A stretch of 64,000 nucleotides of DNA from a bacterium (lineage in GTDB: Bacteria; Patescibacteriota; Gracilibacteria; UBA1369; GCA-2718715). Location of the stretch: NCBI GenBank assembly GCA_002718715.1, contig PBFJ01000014.1, forward strand, positions 12,447 to 76,446. The letters are read 5' to 3'. The notes under the pieces are model-generated. The model was not told where the DNA came from. It did no database searches and was given only the letters and a program-made list of their open reading frames with translations. Position 1 is the stretch's first letter; each line of letters opens with the position of its first letter. The translations under genes were made by a program, and so were the position numbers. Of the stretch, positions 9,101 to 16,637 are shown piece by piece.

Positions 9101-10859
9101 TAAATTCTAGTAGATTATTAGAACCTTTATCCGTAAATACTTTAAGTTGTGGGTGGGCTTTACAAATTTTATAAATATCTAAAGGATCAATATTTAGAAC
9201 TTTTATTTTTTCTCCTTTGACATTAATAGCAGATTCAAATTCTATTTCATTTCCGTCCTTATCCTTAAGATTATTTTTAAGTTCAATTGTTTGAATTTGA
9301 AAGTTATTTAGTTCTTTTGATAAATCTAAGATTTCTTTAAAAGTGATATCTTGATCGATAACTAATTTTTGAATTTTAATGCTTGCAAAAATATCTTTAT
9401 TGCTTACTTTTTTATAGTCGGAATACTTAACTTCATTAAATTTAATGTTTTCAAATTCATTCACTGTATAACCTGCTGCTATATCTTCTAAAAAAAGAAG
9501 ATCTTTATTGGATTTAGATTTAGATTTGGATTCTAGGATATCAAAAATATGTTGGGAAATTTTTATCGATTCTCCTGTAAGTTTGATTGAATTAACCTTT
9601 TTTAATTGATCGGATTGAATTTTATTTAATTGGTCGGTACTACAGGTCAAAGTTTCAACTCCAGGAAAGCCTGAAGGGAGATTTTCAAAACCACTTATAT
9701 TTAAATCTATTAATTTATCCTTTAGTCTACTAATAATTGAGTCCGGGAGTTTATGATGAATGTTATCAAGAATATTTAAAGCTTCTTGCTGATCTATTGT
9801 ATCCAAATCGATGGCTTTTTGAAATTCAGAATCTTTTGTAGTTTCTTGAGACCGAAATAAGGATAAAATCTTAAGTTTATCTTGGATTGAAAAATCAGTA
9901 TTTTCAAAATCTAATTTACCTTCATCTATTATAATTTCTTGAGTACCATTTTTAAATTGTGTAACTCCATTTGGAATCAAAGACTCTAGAATTTGCAAAG
10001 TGCTTGGGTTTTCGATTTCAAAATTTAGTTTTAAAACTTGCTGTACAGCCTTAGATAAAAATTTTTCAAAATTGAATAAGTTTAGTTCAATCTTAACTGG
10101 ATTATAAGTTTTGGGTGCTTTGTTCATGGATCTAGGTAAAATGTAGAATTTGTCTTCTTTTTTTGCGCAAACCACATCACCTGAATTTAAGTATTGCTTA
10201 TATAAAAATTCTGGAACTTCGGCGTAAAGTGAATGTGTTTTTAAATATTCAACATCTCCAGTAAGTAAAAAATAGTCATTAACACTAATCTCACCTTCTT
10301 TTGATTCAAGAGAAGTTGATACAAGTTTTTTTAATTTTTCGTGATTTAGTTTTTCAGCATACTGAGTTTTAATCTGTTCAAGTGTTTTTTGATCTGGTTT
10401 GGATTTTAATACTGAGCAGATTAATTGATTAAAATTTACATTAAATTTATTTGCAAAATCCTGTAATTCAGGGAGTTGAATTTCTCCATTCTTTAGTAAT
10501 ATATTTAAGAGTTCAAGTTTAAGTTCTGAAATATCTGTTAAAGATGTATCTTCGCTTGAAAGTTTGGAAATTAAAAGCTGGAGTCTTTTACGAATTTCAG
10601 CTTGCTGGGCGATTTCACTTTTAAAAACTTTTGGATCAACCTTAAAAAGTGCCTCTAACATATCTTCAGCTACGTGTAGAAAAAGTCCGGATTCTAACGT
10701 ATCTTCGGTATCAATATTGATGGCATTGTCTAAAATTTCACTTATCTTGTCCTCTTCAGGTGATTTAACTAATTTGGTGTCTAAGAGATTTAGATCTAAT
10801 TTTGGTTCTGGGTTTTCTGTATTTTCTGGCGGTAGATTGTTCTGATTTGTTATGTTCAT
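3138..10859 (-). CDS. Giant pentapeptide-repeat protein (2573 aa) with degenerate LRR-like stretches, Q/E/P-rich linkers and repeated LPxGY...YTIVGP spacer modules
   Basis: Long runs of A[DN]LxG pentapeptides (GANLEGADL...) across the C-terminal ~1300 aa; 19-aa tandem NFPxLxTVENASIINSS. Confidence 0.9.
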   Translation of the reverse strand: MNITNQNNLPPENTENPEPKLDLNLLDTKLVKSPEEDKISEILDNAINIDTEDTLESGLFLHVAEDMLEALFKVDPKVFKSEIAQQAEIRKRLQLLISKLSSEDTSLTDISELKLELLNILLKNGEIQLPELQDFANKFNVNFNQLICSVLKSKPDQKTLEQIKTQYAEKLNHEKLKKLVSTSLESKEGEISVNDYFLLTGDVEYLKTHSLYAEVPEFLYKQYLNSGDVVCAKKEDKFYILPRSMNKAPKTYNPVKIELNLFNFEKFLSKAVQQVLKLNFEIENPSTLQILESLIPNGVTQFKNGTQEIIIDEGKLDFENTDFSIQDKLKILSLFRSQETTKDSEFQKAIDLDTIDQQEALNILDNIHHKLPDSIISRLKDKLIDLNISGFENLPSGFPGVETLTCSTDQLNKIQSDQLKKVNSIKLTGESIKISQHIFDILESKSKSKSNKDLLFLEDIAAGYTVNEFENIKFNEVKYSDYKKVSNKDIFASIKIQKLVIDQDITFKEILDLSKELNNFQIQTIELKNNLKDKDGNEIEFESAINVKGEKIKVLNIDPLDIYKICKAHPQLKVFTDKGSNNLLEFKSKIYGSKHITFKKGIPQLVNIDLSYLHGYLKNYPEIDLHVNHPKEFEPLDFFNTTSHKYIGPTEKVNIKYKKDGKKYAGFSYEANHIFMEYFQTFDDFNTLIKVFESNADLVDQFFNIPDLRYHFHSCYKIKDPNKTEILPHNISTHFLKHLPLRNHQIFDNLILEVHNDDISNIKGIKNSVLNIKPDQEIDAQAALIFYNNPKLEKINVVGDHTTSFTRSNIMGINLQSVLHKLDTKHKIEERQVKLSLTEDNLSNFFNLEFTNIQDLELEASSLSEEQLKLLSSYLLNTLPKSIRTLNVQGLNFSLTNQLFLLQKHPNLGTINQLSKDQIHTNVCKSIFEDPLIISYIKYHKYPITLREYINFHKIISSTIDYTQENQQVQYNFALLRVNELFKLFSEPTNIDFLTHKLLKDKFNIDLPNSFTLLGERNLQFEEDEPQNDTIIDAESEVIDYENINKYSNIHISYASVAKNKEAFRDFKGTIIFKDEHLNSFILKATLSCTLDLENLKSLKKLNIENSKTNINFPYLETVENASIINSSNINFPSLKTVENASIINSSDILFKDNPTFKGNIAIQNSPIDFQNAIFEECNLSNSNFIGSKISNAEFDNRCTIPNGFFRVDKTLIGPGLNLTGSRNYFYADPRLNLDLSPNTLITINEGTDGHQSLYLVVGKALNCENIKAESVEFNKLGLDYINFEGSILSNCEFKNTSLIGANVSSCDLYYAEFENSDLRQANLSRSNLIFAKLEEANLGGANLLYADLRNASLKGANLQGTSLLYADLRNANLAGADLRSANLAGADLRNANLAGADLTNANLEGANLEGANLTLEISESLESNNDNHIDISPILRDDEIKDIFKKTATEKANLRRAHLRKQDLTNANFSNSDLSYAILSYTKLEGADLTNANLEGADLRNTNLTGAKLEEADLTNANLSGADLTNANLTRAKLTNSKLVNLIGVPEEDKLPDGYKVHENSNGTFNIQLTESQDQQTQEAPDQVNTPENASEIQDPELINEAQTSKNNTEIETISNEENLKTSKAPLQRFVDSEYIPEYIPKGYQVIERTEDGKTLYTIVGPNLDLSRAKLQKAKLQGAIFYGANLSRAKLQEAKLQGAIFHGANLKDADLSGADLRGAILQNVEMEGANLEGADLSGAKLEGAKLERASLFDLEGAPNKEKLPRGYQVIEYKKKEKKEKTLYAIIGPGVRLFQTNLEGSDLSGSDLSGADLSGANLKGAKLQGANLRGSTLLFAILRGADLRGADLSGAYLDFATLVDLTGVPIKETLPEGYQVIEREVDGKKLYTIVGPKLILTGADLKGADLKGVDLKGAKFYGANLAGANLSGAILDDKTKLTNLTGVPDKDKLPEGYEIQSNKDGTFNIQLTESQDQQTQDQPLDIDQNQNLNTTKETQTPSTYVEPQVLETDSQAESVPEGSGEEVIEQPQPSQIQDIPLDLNQENVNLQPASVPPEPQSQEVNTDQIPKENSESVEIERQIQQQDSPPNSLNESPSQENQSDLYDLYSAAQEIWIDLETKSNESQDDDRSGEIIEKLQSFKKPLLPIISKKKPNQLTENIKLIGEVNVSAFQGKNLTNLDLRNLVMSYLSLKDTDFSNSLLNHTDLSKNLLREANFTNSDLRNSNLSQSDLAGADLRGVKLEGANLEGVNLEGANLEGVDLSNTKLELTRLVDLIAPPKNIPEGYQVIEREVDGKKLYTIVGPYLVLKGANLSGANLEGVNLEGSNLSGANLSGAKLEGAILERCNLKGANLSGANLEGARFYRANLEGAILKGAILERARLHRADLSEAKLEGAILERARLYRANLSGANLSGAKLEGAILEGAKLEGAILEGADLKGVDLTGANLEGVDLTNTKLEHTRLVNFIGRPKNVPEVYWGGRRRINGIFYYTIIGPNLNLEGADLKGADLKGVDLTGAKFYGANLAGANLSGAILDDKTKLTNLTGAPAEDNLPDGYKITENKEGGGTLYSIVKSED
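3233..5250. repeat. Near-identical intragenic direct repeats in the pentapeptide gene: 3233-3368 vs 5033-5168 (1 mismatch, 1800 bp apart) and 3958-4023 vs 5185-5250 (identical)
   Basis: Direct sequence comparison; further copies at about 4930-4980 vs 6121-6171 and a 60-bp tandem at about 5746-5862. Confidence 0.85.
7420..7532. repeat. 57-bp (19-aa) tandem duplication encoding an LRR/L-domain-like unit
   Basis: CTAGAGTTTATAATACTGGCATTTTCTACTGTTT at 7420 and 7477. Confidence 0.85.
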
Positions 10860-10889
10860 GGGACTTTAGGTTAAATTTGAGGTTTTAAT

Positions 10890-11261
10890 TTAAATATTTT
10901 TAATTAATTGATTGATTTGAGCTTGGAGCTCTAAAGGTTCTTGAGCTTTGGCTTGGTTATCTAGGATCTTTTCGACCTCTTTGCTTAGTTTTGGATCATT
11001 GCGTTCTTGCAGAGTATGAGAAAGATCTTCTAAGAAGTCGATGTTCTTAGTCATTTTATCTTTGAAGGCAAATTCAATCAAGACAGGATACTTAGTACAA
11101 AGTTGATTTATCTCTTGCTTAAGAGCTTTTAGATCACGTGCAGAGCCAAGTTCAAAAAGAATTGCAGTAAGAGTAATTTGATCCAAAAAATTTTGGTTAT
11201 AATCCTCTTTCAATTTTAGTAAAAGATTTTGGGCGTAAACAATGGCTTTTTCAGCTAGCAT
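10890..11261 (-). CDS. Small helical hypothetical protein (123 aa); probable paralog of 50-418; first gene of the operon with the pentapeptide giant
   Basis: Promoter TTGCTT-17-TATAAT with extended -10 TG upstream on the minus strand; 30 bp before the next gene. Confidence 0.75.
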   Translation of the reverse strand: MLAEKAIVYAQNLLLKLKEDYNQNFLDQITLTAILFELGSARDLKALKQEINQLCTKYPVLIEFAFKDKMTKNIDFLEDLSHTLQERNDPKLSKEVEKILDNQAKAQEPLELQAQINQLIKNI

Positions 11262-11412
11262 TAAATCAATTTAATTATCATTTATTATAGCAGAAATTGC
11301 TTTTTTAAGCAAGGTTTTTGTTGTTATTTACTTACTTTCTTGTATGATTTATTATGTATTTTACAGTATTGATTAAATGTGATATAATTAACAGATTAAA
11401 ATAATTTAAAAC

Positions 11413-13794
11413 ATGGTTAAATTCAAAAGTAATTTAGAGAGAAATAAATTCAATCCACATCAGTATATTAAGTTTATAAAAGAACCTAATAATCGAAGAT
11501 TCCATGACTTAGATTGTCTGTTGTGGTCAAAACTTTTTAATACAGATAAAAGGTTAAATGAAATTGTAAAAGATCTAGTAGTAGACTACTCTTACAATGA
11601 AAACGATGAAGCAAATAGAGTATTGATTTATAGATCTGATCCAAGTGGAGAATATCAAGATATAAGAATCTTTATTAGTAAAATGATTAGCGACAAATTT
11701 AAAATTCTTGAAAGTCATAATTTAAATGAATTTCAAATTTTTGAAATTTTTAAAGCGTCTAAGTTTAAATATTTAACATCAATTTCTAAATTTATTAGAG
11801 ACCCTGAAGCGAAAAAATATGCAGAAACTCAAGCTGAAATTGCAAACATCAAGGAACCTAGTTTAAGTGGAGATGACCATCCTGTTTTAGTTAATAATGA
11901 CCCAAGTTTAAGTGGAGACGACAATCCTGCTTACAACCCAGATTTAGAACCTAGACTGACTGACAAAACACCTATTCACGAAAGAAGTACAGTAGAAACT
12001 CCTAAAAATGTAGTTGCAGATGTAGAACTAACAAGAAGATTTGTGCTTAAGGGACTATTAGCTGCCGCTGTCGCCGGCTCAACAATAAAAATTTTAGAGC
12101 CCACTGATGAACTGGTATCAGATTCTAATACTATTCCCGGTTTTGATTCAGTACCTAGCCCGGTAACTCCCCCCCCTGCTGACCATCAAATAAATCATGA
12201 GCCTTTACCTGGTCCAATTAATCCTTCAGAAGAACCTGAAGCAAATGAAAATGCTCTCGAGACTCTGAGTAGAAATCAACTAATAGAGAAGTTAAAAGAG
12301 GTAACTGAAAGTTACAAAGATGCAACTAAGAAGGCTTCTACTTTTATGCTGACCGAAAGCCCAGAAAATGAATTTTTTATAAAAGCCATAGATTTAATAA
12401 GTAAAATCAACCTAAGTGCAGAAGAATTCCTAGAATTAAAGCTAATTGAAAGTTGTAATCTTGTGAAATTTAAATCTGATAAAACTAGAATTGATAATCT
12501 TGCAGGTAAAGCGATGGTCCAAAGTGATAAGTGGTTGATAAAACTTCTTCAAAGAGCTTATGATACTAGAAGAGAAAGAGAAGAAAGAGCTAATGATTTT
12601 GGTGATGGAAACTTTTACAATGCAATTACTTCAGTATGTTCTGAATTAGAAAACGAAGTACATACTGGCACTAAAGATACAGTGGATTTATTTCCAGAAA
12701 TTAAGGATGTTCTTTTTGATCCAAACGTTATTGAATCAATCTTGATGATAGAAGGTGGTTTTAGAGCTGATGATTTAATGAATTCTACAGCAGTTTTAGC
12801 AATCACAAGGTCTTTGATAAATAGCGGTGAATTTAATCCAAATTTTGGTTCTGCAGATGTATATAGTGGTAAACATAGAATGAAAATTGCTCTTAATCAC
12901 ATTCTAACAAGTGTATTTATTCAAAAAGGAAAATTTAACAATAAACATGTTAAAAGATATTTTGATGATCTAGGTATCTTAGAATCTTTTAAAGATAGCA
13001 ATGATAACACTGAAAGAACTTGGACATCTTATCGATTAAAAAAATGTAGCCCTTTCTCTTCTTATAAGCTACGTAACAATCCAGCAAGACATGCTCCTAC
13101 AGAAACTAAAATAGCTGAAATTTTAATTGATCCACAAGCTTCAGTTAAATTAGCGTTAATGTCCTACAGAGAAAATTTACATTATTGTAGATCAGCCCTA
13201 GTAAATAACATTGATAACCTAAGAGAATTTGCAAATCCTCAAGCTGTGTCTAACTTTTGGTTAAAAATTGTAGCTTCTACTAATATTTGTGGAGGACCTA
13301 GAGTAGGAAAATTTTTAAGAGAGTTAGCTAAATACCCTGGATTTATATCAGATGATGAATTTGAAAATTTAAATTTAGAACAAGAACGACAGACTCTTCA
13401 AAAATTTGCAAAACTTATCAAGTTCTCAGAACTAAAAAGTAAAAGACAAATTAGGGCGATGTCTAGATCTGAAAGAAATGATTACTACAATTCTATAAAA
13501 GCTGAATTTCAAAATACCGAAAAATACCCGAAGAAAAAAACTGAAGAAGAACTAAATGAAATGAGTTTAGAAGATCTACAAAAACATATTGCAAATTATA
13601 ATAAAGCTTTAAAAAATTGGTATGAAACTATCTTGAATCAAAAAAGACGTAATAAGTTAATATATCATCCTGAATACTCTGAAAAGGTAGATAATATAAT
13701 GAGTACAATTAACTTAACTCCTCATATTGAAACTCAATTAGACCTAAGTAAAGCTCAAGCCTTAAGCAATCCACTGAACACTGATAATCTTTAA
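11413..13794 (+). CDS. 793-aa membrane-anchored protein with a putative divergent lytic transglycosylase (SLT/lysozyme-like) domain
   Basis: Internal LTRRFVLKGLLAAAVAG anchor, Pro-rich linker, then SILMIEGGF ... LIDPQASVKLALMSY ... VASTNICGG ... EYSEKV in SLT motif order. Confidence 0.55.
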   Translation: MVKFKSNLERNKFNPHQYIKFIKEPNNRRFHDLDCLLWSKLFNTDKRLNEIVKDLVVDYSYNENDEANRVLIYRSDPSGEYQDIRIFISKMISDKFKILESHNLNEFQIFEIFKASKFKYLTSISKFIRDPEAKKYAETQAEIANIKEPSLSGDDHPVLVNNDPSLSGDDNPAYNPDLEPRLTDKTPIHERSTVETPKNVVADVELTRRFVLKGLLAAAVAGSTIKILEPTDELVSDSNTIPGFDSVPSPVTPPPADHQINHEPLPGPINPSEEPEANENALETLSRNQLIEKLKEVTESYKDATKKASTFMLTESPENEFFIKAIDLISKINLSAEEFLELKLIESCNLVKFKSDKTRIDNLAGKAMVQSDKWLIKLLQRAYDTRREREERANDFGDGNFYNAITSVCSELENEVHTGTKDTVDLFPEIKDVLFDPNVIESILMIEGGFRADDLMNSTAVLAITRSLINSGEFNPNFGSADVYSGKHRMKIALNHILTSVFIQKGKFNNKHVKRYFDDLGILESFKDSNDNTERTWTSYRLKKCSPFSSYKLRNNPARHAPTETKIAEILIDPQASVKLALMSYRENLHYCRSALVNNIDNLREFANPQAVSNFWLKIVASTNICGGPRVGKFLRELAKYPGFISDDEFENLNLEQERQTLQKFAKLIKFSELKSKRQIRAMSRSERNDYYNSIKAEFQNTEKYPKKKTEEELNEMSLEDLQKHIANYNKALKNWYETILNQKRRNKLIYHPEYSEKVDNIMSTINLTPHIETQLDLSKAQALSNPLNTDNL

Positions 13795-13885
13795 GATTGT
13801 ATTAAGTTTTAAAGTAAAAAGTGTGATGCTAGATGGTTGGCTCACGCTTTTTTTATAAAAATATTTGGATACTAATTTGGAAGTT

Positions 13886-14047
13886 TTATTTAATTGATTT
13901 TGAATCTGTTGTAGTTTCTTTTAAAACTTTCAATACTGATTTACGAATTAAATTACAAGAGCTGGTGAGTGTTAAGGTTGCAACAATAGTTCCAGTAATT
14001 ACAGCTTTATTTAGCCTATGTAAATCATTGGGTTTGAGTTCTTTCAT
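13886..14047 (-). CDS. Small lipoprotein-like protein (53 aa), below the ORF-track cutoff
   Basis: MKELKPNDLHRLNKAVITGTIVATLTLTSSCNLIRKSVLKVLKETTTDSKSIK; starts 9 bp after the AEC gene stop; LTSSC lipobox-like. Confidence 0.55.
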   Translation of the reverse strand: MKELKPNDLHRLNKAVITGTIVATLTLTSSCNLIRKSVLKVLKETTTDSKSIK

Positions 14048-14056
14048 ATTAATTAA

Positions 14057-14974
14057 TTAAAAAAATAGCATTATTGTTGGAATGTAAAATAAAGCAAAAA
14101 TGGTACTTATTAAAACTGCGATAGCTGCTTTGTCGGGGTGAACTTTTAGTTCCGTTGCAAGAGCTACAGTGTTTGCAGCTAATGGAACAATCGACATTAA
14201 AATCAAAATACTATGAACCTGTGCACTATAAAAATTTAAATATAAGTTATCAATTACAATAATTGATAAAACTACTGCAGGCCATATTAAAAATTTAGCT
14301 AAGAAAGTTAAACTCATGAATTTAAAGTCGATATGGCTTCTTTTAACACTTGATAGACCCATTCCAATTAACATCATACCCAATAGAGTATAAGCACCTT
14401 TAAAACTTTGAATTGTTGTTACTGCTAATTCTCCTAGATTGAATCCTAGATAATTCAGAGTTAAACCTGCAAAAAAAGCATATACTGTTGGTAATTTAAG
14501 TACTTTTTTAAAACTTTCGTAAGCTGTGTGACTGCCCTTTGCTGTAATAAAAAAACCTAAAGTATTTTCATAAAGTACAAAACCTAAAATCGATAAAACA
14601 GCTAAACTAAAAGCTTCTTCTCCAAGAACACCCATAACAACCGGCAGTCCAAAATAACCTGTATTACCTGTACCGGAAGTAAAGGCCAGAATGTTTTTTG
14701 TAGAGTCATTTTTAAATATTTTATTTCCGATCCAAAGAAAAAGTAAGCAAATCAAACAAGAAATAATTAAAAACAAAAGTGGTAATGTTAAATTGGCAAA
14801 ATTTAATTGTACAGTATAAGTACCATAAAAAATTACAACTGGACCAATCATGTAAATTAAAAGTTTAGCAATTCCTTCTTTTCCAACCTCTAGATATTTT
14901 GTAGCTACAAAACCCAAATAAATCATTAAATAAAGAGGAATTATCTTTAGTAAGATCGTCATAAAAATACTCAT
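14057..14974 (-). CDS. AEC (auxin efflux carrier) family transporter
   Basis: About 10 TM segments; GNTGYFGLPV and PLAANT...A motifs. Confidence 0.9.
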   Translation of the reverse strand: MSIFMTILLKIIPLYLMIYLGFVATKYLEVGKEGIAKLLIYMIGPVVIFYGTYTVQLNFANLTLPLLFLIISCLICLLFLWIGNKIFKNDSTKNILAFTSGTGNTGYFGLPVVMGVLGEEAFSLAVLSILGFVLYENTLGFFITAKGSHTAYESFKKVLKLPTVYAFFAGLTLNYLGFNLGELAVTTIQSFKGAYTLLGMMLIGMGLSSVKRSHIDFKFMSLTFLAKFLIWPAVVLSIIVIDNLYLNFYSAQVHSILILMSIVPLAANTVALATELKVHPDKAAIAVLISTIFALFYIPTIMLFF

Positions 14975-15081
14975 AATAATTAGTTAACAAGTAACATATA
15001 TAATCCTTTTACCAGGTATTGTCAAGAATGCAAAACTGTTCTAATTAAAATAATTTTAACTCTAAATAGATTTAGATTTCT

Positions 15082-16632
15082 TTAAATCTTCTTTAGAACT
15101 AAAAGCGTAATATCATCTTGTTGGCGCGCGCTCTTTGAAAATTCTTTGATGTCGTTAAGAATCAAATCTTGGATTTGTTTAGTATCATGGTTTGCAGCAG
15201 CTTTGGTTAATGATTCTTGAAAGCGAATAAAACCATAGGTTTCTTTGGATTCATTCCAACACTCAGGAATTCCATCACTGTAAATAACCAGGACATCATC
15301 TTTTTGCATATCAATTGTGTGTTGGGTTAATTTATCTTTGATTCCTGGAAAAAGTCCAACTGCAATTCCCCCACTGTCTAAAACTTCAGTTTTTCGACTA
15401 GAATTTCTGTAAATTATAATCTGTTCGTGACCGGCTGAAACATATTGAATTTGAGATTCGTTAATAATTTTAAGCAGAACTAAAGTGATGAAAAAATTAG
15501 GATTGGTTTTAAGTCTTAAAACTTCATTTAAAGAATCAATCAAATCTATTAAATTTTGATTAGATACATTAGCTGAAATAAGTGCATTTGAGATTGCAGC
15601 AATCAAAGCAGCTGGAACTCCATGCCCTGTTACGTCTCCAACATAGAAATAAGTTTGCTGGTTTTGGGTTTGAATTACATCATAAACATCTCCTCCAATT
15701 TCCTCGGCCGGAATTATGATGGAAGACATTTGGAATCCAGATATTTCTGGAAGACTTTGTGGTAATAATCTTTCTTGGATATTACTTGCAATTTCGAGTT
15801 CTTTTTTGACTCTTTCTTTGTAAATTCGATCCTCGGTAGCTTTATTTAAATCATCCGCCATTTTGTTAACATCGGTAGCTAAAAGCTCAAGTTCGTCGTT
15901 AGTATGAACGTTGGCTTTGGTATCAAAATACCCAAGTGCAATTTTTTTAACTACCTCGGTGATACTTAAAATTGGCGATGAAATTTTAGAGGCTAAAAAG
16001 AAGGCCATTAGAACTCCCGATAAAAGAGCAATTGCCAAAATAAAAGTGGAAGCTTTTAAAGCTTGGTAAACAAGAGAATTTAAATTTTCATAATTCATAT
16101 GATAAACCAGCGCATATTGCTGCTCGAGTGGAACTACAAAATTGGTGTATTGTTTTCCATCTGGGAAAAAATTACTTAATGAAAAATCTTTCTCTAAATA
16201 CTGATATTCCCCTACACCGACTTTATCAATATAAAAAATATCTTTGTTTTTTGTTAGTTGAATAGACGGTTTTTGAGCCTTTATTCTATCAATACTGATG
16301 TCTATGTTAATCGAAGATGGAGATAATGTTTTGGATTGATACAATAATTCTCCATTGAAATCATACAAAGAAAACCCATCAGCATTTTGATTTTTAGCTA
16401 AAGTTTCGGCTAAGTCTCTTTCGAAATATATTTCATTTTCTTGTAGATAATAAGTTTTATAACTTTCTAAAATCGATTGATTAGTAAGCTCAGAGTAGGA
16501 TCTGAAATTGTGAAAAATTTCGGTTTGTACATTTATAAGTTCGCCTTTGATTAAAAGCACTCCTGTTCCGATAATAACACCCATTACAAGGAGTGAAATA
16601 TAAACAATAAATTTGGAGCGAATCGAACGCAT
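15082..16632 (-). CDS. Membrane sensor PP2C/SpoIIE (RsbU-like) Ser/Thr phosphatase with HAMP domain
   Basis: 2 TM plus extracellular domain, HAMP (DELELLATDVNKM), IGGDVYD, GDVTGHGVPAAL, SAGH, YSDGIPE, QQDDITL. Confidence 0.92.
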   Translation of the reverse strand: MRSIRSKFIVYISLLVMGVIIGTGVLLIKGELINVQTEIFHNFRSYSELTNQSILESYKTYYLQENEIYFERDLAETLAKNQNADGFSLYDFNGELLYQSKTLSPSSINIDISIDRIKAQKPSIQLTKNKDIFYIDKVGVGEYQYLEKDFSLSNFFPDGKQYTNFVVPLEQQYALVYHMNYENLNSLVYQALKASTFILAIALLSGVLMAFFLASKISSPILSITEVVKKIALGYFDTKANVHTNDELELLATDVNKMADDLNKATEDRIYKERVKKELEIASNIQERLLPQSLPEISGFQMSSIIIPAEEIGGDVYDVIQTQNQQTYFYVGDVTGHGVPAALIAAISNALISANVSNQNLIDLIDSLNEVLRLKTNPNFFITLVLLKIINESQIQYVSAGHEQIIIYRNSSRKTEVLDSGGIAVGLFPGIKDKLTQHTIDMQKDDVLVIYSDGIPECWNESKETYGFIRFQESLTKAAANHDTKQIQDLILNDIKEFSKSARQQDDITLLVLKKI

Positions 16633-16637
16633 AAAAA

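Noticed and set aside
13833..14060. 75-aa plus-strand ORF
   Set aside because: It starts inside a terminator-like hairpin and is antisense to a better-supported 53-aa ORF.
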